A DNA stretch of 44,886 nucleotides from Flavobacteriales bacterium (GCA_023255335.1 JALRIS010000093.1:1-44886), one strand, 5' to 3'; counted from the stretch's first letter, positions 26,477 through 36,011 are shown. The notes: generated by a model from the sequence alone, not told the origin. A program made the numbers and translations.

Positions 26477-27286
26477 ATGAAACCAGGAACTAAAGCATGG
26501 AAAAATTTTATGTCAAAACTGTACGGAATTGGTGCAGCAATTGTAATTGTTGGAGCCTTATTTAAAATCCAACACTGGCCGGGAGCAAGTTTGATGCTTA
26601 CTGTAGGTCTTGGAACAGAGGCAATTATTTTCTTATTCTCAGCATTTGAACCAATCCACGAAGAATATGACTGGACACTTGTATACCCAGAATTGGCTTT
26701 AGGTCACGATTCTGATGATGATGAAATTACTTCATTGACGCACCGAAACTCTGGCGGTTCTGTAACACAGCAACTTGACGGAATGTTGGAAGAAGCGAAG
26801 ATTGATGGTGCCCTCATCGAAAGTTTAGGGAATGGAATGAGAAACTTGTCGGAAACTGCGAATAAAATAAGTAACATGTCTGATGCTACTTCTGTTTCTG
26901 CAGATTACACTAATAGTTTGAAGAATGCTGCCGCTAAGGTAGATGGTTTGGCTGAGTCTTATTCAAAAGCAAGTGAATCACTAATGGGATTAACTGGTTC
27001 TGCAGAAGCAGGTAAATCTTTTGGTGAAGAAATGCAAAAGGTAGCAGGAAACCTTACAGCATTGAACAAAGTATATGAAATGCAATTAGAAGGAGCGACA
27101 GAATCACTTGAAAACTCAAAGAAAATCCAATCTGGAATTGGTGAAATGATGGGAACTCTTGCAGATTCAGTAGAAGACACGAAAAACTACAAAGCTAATA
27201 TCACTGAGTTAAGTAAAAACTTGCAAGCACTTAATAAAGTATATGGTAACATGCTAAATGCCATGAATATTAACCCGAACGGGTAA
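26477..27286 (+). CDS. gldL: T9SS/gliding motor subunit GldL/PorL
   Basis: LYGIGAAIVIVGALFKIQHW, GLGTEAIIF.FSAFEP, DWTLVYPEL, C-terminal LNKVYGNML.AM. Confidence 0.95.
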   Translation: MKPGTKAWKNFMSKLYGIGAAIVIVGALFKIQHWPGASLMLTVGLGTEAIIFLFSAFEPIHEEYDWTLVYPELALGHDSDDDEITSLTHRNSGGSVTQQLDGMLEEAKIDGALIESLGNGMRNLSETANKISNMSDATSVSADYTNSLKNAAAKVDGLAESYSKASESLMGLTGSAEAGKSFGEEMQKVAGNLTALNKVYEMQLEGATESLENSKKIQSGIGEMMGTLADSVEDTKNYKANITELSKNLQALNKVYGNMLNAMNINPNG

Positions 27287-27334
27287 TAGTCTATTGTATT
27301 AAAACAATTATTAACTTTTTAAAACAAGAAAAAA

Positions 27335-29017
27335 ATGGCAGGTGGAAAAGAAACCCCAAGGCAGAAAATGATTGGAATGATGTATTTGGTACTAACAGCA
27401 ATGTTGGCACTAAACGTTTCCAAGAGTATTCTTGATGCCTTTATTACAATAGATGAACAAGCACTAGAGCAAAACACAAATATTGTGCAAGCTATTAATG
27501 GTGTTGGTATTAAAATCGCTTTCTTGAAAGAGGATCCTCAGTCAAAAAAGACAGCTGCGGAAATAGAACCAGTGTTCAACAAAATAAAAGAATTTTCTAA
27601 TAGTGCAGATGATTTGTTTTACAACGAATTAAATGAGATGTTCAAAGAAACTGAAGGAAAAGTATGGTTCAAAAAAGACCCTACTACACAAGTTACTGAA
27701 TATACTCCGCTAGATGAAATTAAGAAAAAAGATGACTACGATACTCCAACAAGATTTTTTGGAGGAGATACGCCTAAGTCTATCAAAAGAGGGAAAGCCT
27801 TGAGAGAGAAATTGATCGAATATAGAGATCAGTTGATTTTGACTGTAGCAGACTCTGTGAAAGATGACCAAAACAAATGGCACGTAATCACGAAAGCCAA
27901 CTTAGGAAGTCTGGAAGCATTTGCGAAGTTTTTGAAAGATGACAACCATCCAAATAAAGGTGAGTTAACTGAGATTTACTCAAGTTTAACAAAACCTGAG
28001 AAGGTAAAGCAACACAAAGAGATGAAAGATTGGAACGTAGCAAGATTCTACCACCAACCAATGGTAGGAGTAGTGAGTACTATGACCTCTTTGAGAAATG
28101 ACATTCGACTTGCTCAACAAAAGGCATCTAAAATGTTGTTGTCTAGAATTGACAAACCAATGATGAATATCAACAAGGTAGAAGCTCAAGTTATTGCCTC
28201 TACACAGTACTTAAACGTAGGTGAAAAACTAGACGTAAAGGTTGGGATTGTTGCATTTGACTCAACTAAAAAATACCCAATCAAATATAGAATGGGCGAT
28301 GCAGGTGATTATGCTACTTCTGACTCGGGTGCATTTGTAATTAGTGCAGGTTCGCCAGGAAAAAGAAATCTAGAAGGAAACTTATTGGTAGAGTTGGCAG
28401 GAACTCCAACAGAATTGCCATTTGCTTTTGAATATACAGTAGGGAAGCCATCGGCATCCATTGCAGCACCTGAATTGAATGTTATGTACAGAGGGTACGA
28501 CAACAAAATTCAAGCGGTAGCTTCAGGTTATCCACCAGACGCAGTAAAAGTGTCTTGTTCTGGGTGTAAGTCTTTTTCGAAAAAAGGAGATTTGTACATT
28601 GCACAAGTAGGAGGAGGAAAAGAGGCGACTGTCTCTGTAACTGCTGATGGTAAAAAAGTAGGTTTCCAAAAGTTTAGAATTATGCCAATGCCTAAACCAC
28701 AGCCTTACTTTGCAGGAAGAACTTATGGAGATAATACAATTAAAAGTGGATTATTAAAGCAAACTCCACCTTTGACAGCGAAATTAGCCGATTCACCTTT
28801 GGACGTTCAGTTTTCTGTAAAATCATTTACCCTAGAAGTAATTGTAAATGGAAAATTAATTGAAGAAAAAGGAAGAGGAGGTTCATTAACTCCTAAGATG
28901 AAGAACCTGTTGAAAAATGCGAAGAAAGGACAAAAAGTTTATTTTAGTGACGTAATGGTTGCTGGACCTGACGGAAAGTCTAAACCAATTGGAGGACTTA
29001 CCTTCAAGGTGTTGTAA
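27335..29017 (+). CDS. gldM: T9SS/gliding motor subunit GldM/PorM
   Basis: MAGGKETPRQKMIGMMYLVLTAMLALNVS..IL.AF; NVMYRGYDN. Confidence 0.95.
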   Translation: MAGGKETPRQKMIGMMYLVLTAMLALNVSKSILDAFITIDEQALEQNTNIVQAINGVGIKIAFLKEDPQSKKTAAEIEPVFNKIKEFSNSADDLFYNELNEMFKETEGKVWFKKDPTTQVTEYTPLDEIKKKDDYDTPTRFFGGDTPKSIKRGKALREKLIEYRDQLILTVADSVKDDQNKWHVITKANLGSLEAFAKFLKDDNHPNKGELTEIYSSLTKPEKVKQHKEMKDWNVARFYHQPMVGVVSTMTSLRNDIRLAQQKASKMLLSRIDKPMMNINKVEAQVIASTQYLNVGEKLDVKVGIVAFDSTKKYPIKYRMGDAGDYATSDSGAFVISAGSPGKRNLEGNLLVELAGTPTELPFAFEYTVGKPSASIAAPELNVMYRGYDNKIQAVASGYPPDAVKVSCSGCKSFSKKGDLYIAQVGGGKEATVSVTADGKKVGFQKFRIMPMPKPQPYFAGRTYGDNTIKSGLLKQTPPLTAKLADSPLDVQFSVKSFTLEVIVNGKLIEEKGRGGSLTPKMKNLLKNAKKGQKVYFSDVMVAGPDGKSKPIGGLTFKVL

Positions 29018-29073
29018 CACAACATTAAGAGTAAAATTGCGTACTAGTTAAATATGGATTAATAAGAAACGAG

Positions 29074-30015
29074 ATGAAGACGAAAATAATAGCATTAGCA
29101 CTGGCAGCATCAGCGATGATAGCGGGAGTTGCTTTAGCACAATTACAAAGCACCGGTGTATCTCCGTCCAATGTATTGGATGGGTTGTATGTACAACAAC
29201 ATATACCAACCAAGAAAGTTATTTCTTACGTGCCTTTGCGAGAAGCTGACGTAATGTGGAGTAAGAGAATATGGAGAGTGATTGACGTTCAACAGAAGCT
29301 AAATTTCCCTTTGTTTTACCCACGTGAACCACTTACTGATAGAATGGCGTTGTGGGATATTATTAAGTACGGAATTGAAACAGAAGGAAGTCTTACTCCC
29401 TATGAAATTAATGGAGAAGGAAAGTTAGATTTTGATGGTGAGTTTTTGTACCCGGTTGTGGCTCCTCAAGGAAATACCAACGATACAACATATAAAACTT
29501 CGATTGATAACTTGTTGTATAATACCTCGCAAGTGCAAAAGTTGGATGAAAACGGTGAACCTATGTTTGATGAAGAAGGAGATGATATTTTCATTACTTC
29601 AAAGGATCCAGTTACAGCAGAGAACATTATGCAATACTTAGTGAAGGAAGATTGGTTTTTTGATAAGCAAAGATCTGTGATGGATGTGAGAATAATAGGA
29701 ATTTGTCCTATCATCGCAACCTATGACGAAGATGGTGAGTTTAAAGCGCCAAAGCAGCTGTTTTGGTTATATTTCCCAGAGTGTCGTTACGTATTTCAAA
29801 ATTATTTTGTGTACAACAGACAAAACGATGCACAACGAATGTCGTTTGATGATTTGTTCTGGAAAAGACAATTTGCTAGTTACATCTACAAAGAGTCCAA
29901 TGTGTATGACAGAGAAATAAATCACTATGAGAAAAACGGAATAAAAGTTTTGCTCGAAGGAGAAAAGATTAAAAACAAAATGCTGATTATAGAACACGAT
30001 TTGTGGCATTTATAA
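29074..30015 (+). CDS. gldN: T9SS/gliding ring protein GldN/PorN
   Basis: LREADVMWSKRIWRVID...KLN.PL.YP, KEDWFFDKQRS, LFWLYFP, SFDDLFWKRQF.SYIYKESNVYDR, EHDLW. Confidence 0.94.
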   Translation: MKTKIIALALAASAMIAGVALAQLQSTGVSPSNVLDGLYVQQHIPTKKVISYVPLREADVMWSKRIWRVIDVQQKLNFPLFYPREPLTDRMALWDIIKYGIETEGSLTPYEINGEGKLDFDGEFLYPVVAPQGNTNDTTYKTSIDNLLYNTSQVQKLDENGEPMFDEEGDDIFITSKDPVTAENIMQYLVKEDWFFDKQRSVMDVRIIGICPIIATYDEDGEFKAPKQLFWLYFPECRYVFQNYFVYNRQNDAQRMSFDDLFWKRQFASYIYKESNVYDREINHYEKNGIKVLLEGEKIKNKMLIIEHDLWHL

Positions 30016-30038
30016 TCTTAAGTTAATACCATTAAAAT

Positions 30039-30069
30039 GGCTGCATAGAATTTCTATGCAGCCTTTTTT
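30039..30069 (+). terminator. Intrinsic terminator of the gld operon
   Basis: Inverted repeat ggctgcatagaa-t-ttctatgcagcc followed by tttttt. Confidence 0.85.
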
Positions 30070-30086
30070 GTTAAAAACAAGAGTTG

Positions 30087-31133
30087 ATGAAAAAAATATT
30101 GATAACGGGTGGTGCCGGATTTATTGGTTCCCATGTGGTAAGATTGTTCTTGCAAAAATACCCTGAGTATGACATCGTAAATTTGGATAAATTAACCTAT
30201 GCTGGGAATTTAGAAAATCTACAAGATGTAGAATCAAATCCACGGTATACGTTTTGCAAAGGAGATATTGTGGACGAGCGTTTCGTGGTAAATTTATTTG
30301 AAGAACACCAGTTTGATGGTGTTGTTCATTTAGCCGCTGAATCTCATGTAGATAGATCTATATCAAATCCTACGGAGTTTATTAAGACAAATGTGATAGG
30401 CACAATAAATTTGCTAAACGCAGCTCGTAACAGCTGGAAGGATAATTTTGAAGACAAGGTGTTTTACCATATTTCTACCGATGAGGTATACGGTTCGCTT
30501 GGCAAAGAAGGTTTTTTTGTTGAGGACACTCCTTATGATCCTAGAAGTCCTTATTCAAGTTCCAAAGCAAGTTCAGATCACTTGGTTAGAGCTTACTTTC
30601 ACACTTACGGAATGCCAGTAAAGATTTCTAATTGTTCTAATAATTACGGCTCTCACCAGTTTCCAGAAAAGTTGATTCCGCTCATGATTCATAATATCAA
30701 ACAAAAGAAGCCCTTGCCAGTTTATGGCGAAGGATTGAACATAAGAGATTGGCTTTGGGTAAATGATCATGCACGGGCAATTGACGTTATCTTTCACAAC
30801 GGAAAATTGGGAGAGACTTACAATATTGGTGGAAATAATGAATGGACAAACATTGATTTGGTGAAGCTTCTTTGTCGAACTATGGATAAAAAATTAAAGA
30901 GAGAGCAGGGAGAAAGTGAGAAGTTAATAACGTATGTGAAAGATAGAGCGGGTCACGATATGCGCTATGCAATTGATGCTACCAAAATAAAGAATGAATT
31001 AGGTTGGGAGCCGTCTATTACTTTTGAGGTAGGTCTGGAGCAGACCGTAGAATGGTATCTAAAGAATGAAGATTGGCTCGAAAATGTTACTTCTGGTGAA
31101 TACCAGAAATACTACGAAAAGCAATACAAATAA
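30087..31133 (+). CDS. rfbB: dTDP-glucose 4,6-dehydratase
   Basis: TGGAGFIG, LDKLTYAGN, HLAAESHVDRS, HISTDEVYG, SPYSSSK, NNYG..QFPEKLIP, DRAGHD.RY. Confidence 0.95.
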   Translation: MKKILITGGAGFIGSHVVRLFLQKYPEYDIVNLDKLTYAGNLENLQDVESNPRYTFCKGDIVDERFVVNLFEEHQFDGVVHLAAESHVDRSISNPTEFIKTNVIGTINLLNAARNSWKDNFEDKVFYHISTDEVYGSLGKEGFFVEDTPYDPRSPYSSSKASSDHLVRAYFHTYGMPVKISNCSNNYGSHQFPEKLIPLMIHNIKQKKPLPVYGEGLNIRDWLWVNDHARAIDVIFHNGKLGETYNIGGNNEWTNIDLVKLLCRTMDKKLKREQGESEKLITYVKDRAGHDMRYAIDATKIKNELGWEPSITFEVGLEQTVEWYLKNEDWLENVTSGEYQKYYEKQYK

Positions 31134-31135
31134 GT

Positions 31136-31167
31136 AAAAAAGCGACTGTCAAAGGTTGCTTTTTTTT
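31136..31167. terminator. Likely bidirectional terminator overlapping the 3' end of the TM2 gene
   Basis: aaaaaagcgac-tgtcaaag-gttgctttttt, between the convergent rfbB and TM2 genes. Confidence 0.6.
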
Positions 31168-31550
31168 GTTTTGTTCCAAATAAAAATAGAATTATTGTGG
31201 GTGAGTTGTTCGGGAGATTTAGCAGTTATGATATACACAATATCGATAGCTGGAAGAACAAAGAATCCACCTCCTAGAGTAAGTGTATAGGTTATTGGAA
31301 TACGAGGAGAAGTTCCCAAATACATTCTGTGAACCCCAAACACTCCTAAAGTAACGGCTAAAGCAACAGCAGTAGCTTTCATTTTGTTAAATTCTTTAAG
31401 TGAGAGAGAATCTACTGTTACACCTTTTATAGGAGATAAAGTGCTTTTAAATTCCAGAATATTGTCAAAATTGTGAGGGGTGGCGAACATTGAACTCGAG
31501 AATTGGGGGAGAGTCAGAGATAGCACAATACACAGTAAAATATGTTTCAT
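31149..31550 (-). CDS. TM2-domain membrane protein with N-terminal signal peptide
   Basis: AVALAVTLGVFGVHRMYLG...TLGG...IDIVYI. Confidence 0.8.
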   Translation of the reverse strand: MKHILLCIVLSLTLPQFSSSMFATPHNFDNILEFKSTLSPIKGVTVDSLSLKEFNKMKATAVALAVTLGVFGVHRMYLGTSPRIPITYTLTLGGGFFVLPAIDIVYIITAKSPEQLTHNNSIFIWNKTKKSNL

Positions 31551-31588
31551 GATAGACTGATTAGGAATTTATGTAGTTGAAATAAATG

Positions 31589-31622
31589 AAAAAAAAGCCC
31601 GTATGTTTGTCATACGGGCTTT
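31589..31622 (-). terminator. Intrinsic terminator downstream of sod
   Basis: aaagcccgtatg-tttgt-catacgggcttt, with an A run at 31589-31596 that is a U tract on the minus strand. Confidence 0.85.
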
Positions 31623-31637
31623 GTTTAATGAGCTCTC

Positions 31638-32246
31638 TTATTTGTTTGCTGCATAGTTTTTTGCAACTTCTTCCCAATTAATAACATTAAAAAATGCAGT
31701 AATATAATCAGGCCTTCTATTTTGGTAATTTAGGTAGTAAGCGTGTTCCCATACATCTATTCCCATGATAGGGAACCCTGAGCAACCAACACCCGACATC
31801 AATGGATTATCTTGGTTCGGAGTGCCACACACTTCTAGTTTTCCTCCTGGATGAACACATAGCCAAGCCCATCCTGAGCCAAATTGAGTTGCTGCAGCAT
31901 TTGAAAATGCAGTTTTAAATCCTTCGAATGATCCAAAAGCATCATTAATCGCTGAGGCTAATTCACCTGTTGGTTCTCCACCTCCATTTGGAGACATAAT
32001 TGTCCAGAACAATCGGTGGTTGTAAAAGCCTCCACCATTGTTTCGAACTGCTCCATTCGACATATCGAGGTTCTCCAGGATTTCTTCAATTGATTTTCCT
32101 GCAAGCTCAGTTCCTTCAATAGCTCCGTTTAGTTTAGTTGTATAACCATTATGGTGTTTGCTATGGTGTATTTCCATAGTTCTCGCATCAATATGAGGTT
32201 CTAATGCATCGTATGCATAAGGTAATTCTGGTAATGTAAATGACAT
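31638..32246 (-). CDS. sodA: Superoxide dismutase, Fe/Mn family (Mn-type signature)
   Basis: [45 protein letters not shown]. The GG and NQD residues point to Mn-type. Confidence 0.93.
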   Translation of the reverse strand: MSFTLPELPYAYDALEPHIDARTMEIHHSKHHNGYTTKLNGAIEGTELAGKSIEEILENLDMSNGAVRNNGGGFYNHRLFWTIMSPNGGGEPTGELASAINDAFGSFEGFKTAFSNAAATQFGSGWAWLCVHPGGKLEVCGTPNQDNPLMSGVGCSGFPIMGIDVWEHAYYLNYQNRRPDYITAFFNVINWEEVAKNYAANK

Positions 32247-32282
32247 AATTTTTAAAGTTTAACTGTAAATGATTATTTAGAA

Positions 32283-32290
32283 CAAATATA
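32283..32290 (-). promoter_or_regulatory. -7 promoter element of sodA
   Basis: Minus strand TATATTTG, 36 nt upstream of the ATG. Confidence 0.6.
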
Positions 32291-32310
32291 ATTAATCCAA
32301 ATTGGATTGT

Positions 32311-32345
32311 AAAGAAAAGAACCCCTGAATGAGGGGCTCTTTTTT
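32311..32345 (-). terminator. Intrinsic terminator after the two membrane-protein genes
   Basis: aaaagaacccct-gaatg-aggggctctttt; the single mismatch is a G.U pair on the minus strand. Confidence 0.65.
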
Positions 32346-32364
32346 ATTCTTTTTTGGTGGACTC

Positions 32365-32826
32365 TCAGTTACTTGTTAGGTGCTTGTAATTAACCCCGTA
32401 CAAGATGATAAATACAAGCGAAAAAATGCTTCCTACAATCACAGCTGCGGCTGCTAGCTTGTTGTCTAGTAGCAAAAGAGGGATGCTAATTTCTAAGGCT
32501 GTAGCACAGATATACAACCAAAATCCAAGTTTGAGTAGTTTTCGCATGAGTAAAGCAGCAATGATACTTAGTAGATACACCACCATACTATTGTAGTTGA
32601 GTAATTCTGCATGTTCCAAGACAGTATCTGCCACTTCGAATAGAACCTGAAGAAAGGGTTCCCCTTTTTTACCTTCAATATCGGTATTGGCAATTTCTTC
32701 GCGAACAATGTCAATGTTCCCAGAAAATACAAAAGCATTTACTATGCTAGATACCAGCATCATAAAACTCCAGCCAATCGTTATGATTGTGAGTACATTG
32801 AGCATTTCGGGGAGTTTTTTCTTCAT
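32365..32826 (-). CDS. Hypothetical integral membrane protein (about 4 TM segments)
   Basis: Hydrophobic segments ...MRKLLKLGFWLY...VFIILYGVN. ATG start, 6 bp downstream of the preceding gene. Confidence 0.7.
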   Translation of the reverse strand: MKKKLPEMLNVLTIITIGWSFMMLVSSIVNAFVFSGNIDIVREEIANTDIEGKKGEPFLQVLFEVADTVLEHAELLNYNSMVVYLLSIIAALLMRKLLKLGFWLYICATALEISIPLLLLDNKLAAAAVIVGSIFSLVFIILYGVNYKHLTSN

Positions 32827-32832
32827 GTCTTT

Positions 32833-33243
32833 TTAGTTTTCTAAGACATCATCCAAAATGTCTTCATTCGAAATATTTGGATTGATTCCTTTGTATTTAG
32901 CGTCTCCAAAGGCTAAGATTGGGATAAAGATAAATGACAAGAGAACTAGCCCAACGGTGAAACCATCGCCTTTTCCAAATCTTGTTGAGATTGCCGACCA
33001 CACCATGATAGAGGCGATGAGGTTTACGAGGGGAATAAAGAATAAAATCAACCACCACCCCGGTTTTTCTGCAATTTGGGTTAATACATAAATGTTGTAG
33101 AAAGGAATTATGGCTGCCCAGCCTGGTTGTCCAGCTTTTTCGAACATTTTCCAGAGGGAAGCAATAAGAAAAATGATAAATCCAATGTAAATAATAAGTA
33201 AAAATGCGATGGTAATAAGTTTTTTAAGGTTAATAAGTATCAA
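32833..33243 (-). CDS. DUF5684-like membrane protein
   Basis: LWKMFEKAGQPGWAAIIPFYN, KPGWW, FGKG.GFTVGL...PILAFGDAKY. TTG start is uncertain. Confidence 0.78.
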   Translation of the reverse strand: MILINLKKLITIAFLLIIYIGFIIFLIASLWKMFEKAGQPGWAAIIPFYNIYVLTQIAEKPGWWLILFFIPLVNLIASIMVWSAISTRFGKGDGFTVGLVLLSFIFIPILAFGDAKYKGINPNISNEDILDDVLEN

Positions 33244-33289
33244 AATAGCGAGAATTTGTGAAAAGAAGAAATTCTGAACTAGTTTTTAG

Positions 33290-33297
33290 TAACTTTG
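33290..33297 (+). promoter_or_regulatory. -7 promoter element upstream of nfu
   Basis: TAACTTTG lies 19 nt before ATG 33317. Confidence 0.6.
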
Positions 33298-33316
33298 TAG
33301 TCAATAAAACGAAAAG

Positions 33317-33934
33317 ATGGAAACACAAGAAATGCCAATTACGATCTATTCGGAAATGACACCGAACCCAAATACGATGAAATTCGTTGCCAACAAGATG
33401 TTGGTGGGAGAAGATGTTGTAGCTGAATACCTGAGTAAAGAGGAGGCAAAAGATTCTTCAGAAATTGCAGAGTCCTTGTTTGCTTTTCCTTTTGTGAAGG
33501 GAGTTTTTATCACAAGAAACTTTATTACCGTTTCTAAAATGGCAGAAATAGAGTGGGAAGACATAACACTAGAGCTAAGATTATTCATAGCCGATTCCTT
33601 AAAAAAGAACCCAGTTGTGGTGTCTTCATTGCCTACTCCGAAAGCTACTCAAGCCGAAGAAAAACCTACGGTTACAGCTCATTTTGAACCAACTATTACT
33701 TCAGAATTAGATCAGAAAATTGTAGATCTGTTAGAGGAATTTGTTCGTCCAGCGGTAGAAAATGACGGAGGCGCAATTCATTTTAAATCCTTTGAGGAAG
33801 GAAAAGTTACGGTTATTTTAAAAGGATCTTGCAGTGGATGTCCTTCCTCTACTGCAACCCTAAAAGGAGGAGTAGAACAATTACTCAAATCTCACCTTCC
33901 TGATGTAACCGAGGTAATCGCAGAAGCACAATAA
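33317..33934 (+). CDS. NifU/Nfu-family Fe-S cluster carrier (one Nfu_N domain + NifU C-terminal domain)
   Basis: TPNPNTMKF, FPFVKGVF...FITV.K, VRPAVENDGG, GSCSGCPSS..TLK.GVE. Confidence 0.9.
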   Translation: METQEMPITIYSEMTPNPNTMKFVANKMLVGEDVVAEYLSKEEAKDSSEIAESLFAFPFVKGVFITRNFITVSKMAEIEWEDITLELRLFIADSLKKNPVVVSSLPTPKATQAEEKPTVTAHFEPTITSELDQKIVDLLEEFVRPAVENDGGAIHFKSFEEGKVTVILKGSCSGCPSSTATLKGGVEQLLKSHLPDVTEVIAEAQ

Positions 33935-33936
33935 TC

Positions 33937-34152
33937 ATGGAAAAATTCAATAGAGGACTCGAGAAATTTTGGCTATACTTTTCTTTGTTGGTGGCTGTTT
34001 TTTGTGTGTATGAGTTTATTGTAGATGACGTTGAAACGGCCAAGTTTTACCTACTATTTTTACTCATCCCCATTGTGATGTATCTGTTAAGACGATTTAT
34101 CAGAATCCGAATGGAAAAGACTAATCAAGAATCGAAGCAAAAAAAACCGTAA
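33937..34152 (+). CDS. Small 2-TM hypothetical membrane protein
   Basis: 71 aa with two hydrophobic helices and a basic tail; 2 bp after the nfu stop. Confidence 0.65.
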   Translation: MEKFNRGLEKFWLYFSLLVAVFCVYEFIVDDVETAKFYLLFLLIPIVMYLLRRFIRIRMEKTNQESKQKKP

Positions 34153-34195
34153 ACCTCACAACTTTTTGTATCTTCAATTTCAGAATTTCTATTAA

Positions 34196-35461
34196 ATGGA
34201 ACACTACGTGTTACTTATCATTCTTCTCTCACTCTTGTTTTCTGCTTTTTTTTCAGGAACGGAAATAGCCTACCTCCAATCCAATAGATTGAAAATTGAG
34301 ATAGACAAAAAACAAGGTGTAGTCAGTGCTAGAATTTTATCTTTCTTCGTGAAGAACGAATCAAAATTCATTACCACTCTTTTGCTCGGAAACAACATTG
34401 CGTTGGTAGTGTATGGAATATTCATGGGAGAACTCATTATCGCGAAATTATTTCCGGCACACATTGATACAATTGAGTTGCCGGGGCTAATCTTATTGAT
34501 TCAAACCCTCATCTCAACCCTTATTATTTTGGTTACAGCCGAGTTCTTGCCAAAAACAATTTTCAGAATAAATCCGAACAGAACATTATCGATACTAGCT
34601 TATCCACTGGTTATCGTATACGGAGCATTGTATGTACTTACTATGATGGTAACATTCATCTCGGGGATTATATTGGGTCTATTTGGAAGTAAGCAAGTAA
34701 TTGGAGAAGTTAATTTCGGTGCAATTGATTTGGATGATTATCTCAATAAATCTACAAAAGTACAAACCGACAAAGAGCAAGACCACGAAGTACAGTTGTT
34801 TCACAATGCGCTCAACTTTAACAAGGTAAAAGCAAGAGATTGCATGATTCCTAGAACGGAAATAAAAGCCGTAAACGTGGAACAATCCGTAGAAGAATTG
34901 GGGAAAGAGTTTGTGGAGACTGGGTATTCCAAGATTATGGTTTTTAGAGACACGATCGACAACATCATTGGCTATGTCCACTCTTTCGAAATGTTCAAGA
35001 ATCCAGAAAGTATCACAGAAATATTAAGACCTGTGGGAATAGTAGCAGAATCTATGCCAGTGAATAAACTGTTGAATCAGTTCATTAAACAAAAACAGGG
35101 AATTACTATTGTGGTAGACGAATATGGCGGAACAGCGGGTATCATTACCATGGAAGATGTAGTTGAGGAGATTTTTGGGGAAATTGAGGATGAGCACGAT
35201 AGCGAAGAGCTTATTGAAGAACAACACAACGAGTCGGTTTTTATCTTTTCGGGTCGGCAAGAAATAGCTTACATCAATAGTGAGTACGGATTGGAACTGC
35301 CTGAGTCGGATGAATATGAAACTTTAGCGGGATTAATTGTCACAATTCATGAGAATATTCCTAATGAAGGAGACATTATCGAGATAGAGGAATTTCATTT
35401 TGAAATTTTAGAGTGCTCCAATTCCAAAATTGAAAAAATAAAATTGGTACAGAATGTCTGA
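34196..35461 (+). CDS. Hemolysin-family CNNM/CBS/CorC protein (putative Mg2+/divalent cation transporter)
   Basis: SAFFSGTEIA, LLGNN, AEFLPK, MIPR, VVDEYGGTAGIITMEDVVEEIFGEI.DEHD, YETLAG. Confidence 0.9.
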   Translation: MEHYVLLIILLSLLFSAFFSGTEIAYLQSNRLKIEIDKKQGVVSARILSFFVKNESKFITTLLLGNNIALVVYGIFMGELIIAKLFPAHIDTIELPGLILLIQTLISTLIILVTAEFLPKTIFRINPNRTLSILAYPLVIVYGALYVLTMMVTFISGIILGLFGSKQVIGEVNFGAIDLDDYLNKSTKVQTDKEQDHEVQLFHNALNFNKVKARDCMIPRTEIKAVNVEQSVEELGKEFVETGYSKIMVFRDTIDNIIGYVHSFEMFKNPESITEILRPVGIVAESMPVNKLLNQFIKQKQGITIVVDEYGGTAGIITMEDVVEEIFGEIEDEHDSEELIEEQHNESVFIFSGRQEIAYINSEYGLELPESDEYETLAGLIVTIHENIPNEGDIIEIEEFHFEILECSNSKIEKIKLVQNV

Positions 35462-35915
35462 ATCTAAATTGTCTGTTTTTTCGGATGAACACTTCATGAA
35501 ACAAGCATTTAATCAAGCCAAATTAGCTTTTGATGAAGGCGAATTACCTATCGGTGCGGTGATAGTTTCTTCGAATAAAATCATTGCTAGAGCCCACAAC
35601 CAAACAGAACTTTTGAATGATTTTACGGCACATGCCGAAATGCTTGCATTTACTTCTGCCTCGGAATATTTTGGCAACAAATACCTGAATACTTGTACGT
35701 TGTATGTTACCTTGGAACCTTGTTTGATGTGTGCGGGTGCTGCTTTCTGGACGAAAGTGAAAAGAGTAGTTTTTGGTGCATCGGATCCCAAAAAAGGATT
35801 TACCACTTTGAGTGAAACAGTTCTCCATCCAAAAACTGAAATAAAAGGAGGAGTAATGGCACAAGAATGCTCTGAAATTCTCGATCTTTTTTTTGAGCAA
35901 AAGAGAGTAGAATGA
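35454..35915 (+). CDS. tadA: TadA-like nucleoside/tRNA adenosine deaminase
   Basis: GELPIGAV, AHN, TAHAE, TLEPCLMC, FGASDPK.G. 8-bp overlap with the upstream gene. Confidence 0.78.
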   Translation: MSESKLSVFSDEHFMKQAFNQAKLAFDEGELPIGAVIVSSNKIIARAHNQTELLNDFTAHAEMLAFTSASEYFGNKYLNTCTLYVTLEPCLMCAGAAFWTKVKRVVFGASDPKKGFTTLSETVLHPKTEIKGGVMAQECSEILDLFFEQKRVE

Positions 35916-36011
35916 TTGATTGAACTTCGTTGAAAATTCACTTCAAAACCCGCACAATATAAAATACTTGTTTATCTTTACTCTACTTTTTTTCGGAGAG
36001 ATGGGAAAATT

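Noticed and set aside
8894-29150. Gln immediately after predicted signal-peptide cleavage sites in several exported proteins
   Set aside because: This is the known Bacteroidota pyroglutamate Q-rule; it supports the taxonomy but is not novel.
30087-31133. rfbB as the start of a polysaccharide island or as part of the gld operon
   Set aside because: It is flanked by terminators on both sides with no other rml or glycosyltransferase genes, so it is an isolated housekeeping copy.
34196-35461. CNNM/CBS protein called as gliding protein GldE or as a true hemolysin
   Set aside because: The family motifs do not separate paralogs and there is no adjacent gldD; only the family-level call is supported.
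35513-35941. Antisense ORFs of 142 and 118 aa over tadA, the 145-aa antisense ORF over pdhC, and the other short overlapping ORFs in the track
   Set aside because: They lie mostly or wholly within well-supported genes, have no motifs, and show the composition expected of shadow frames.
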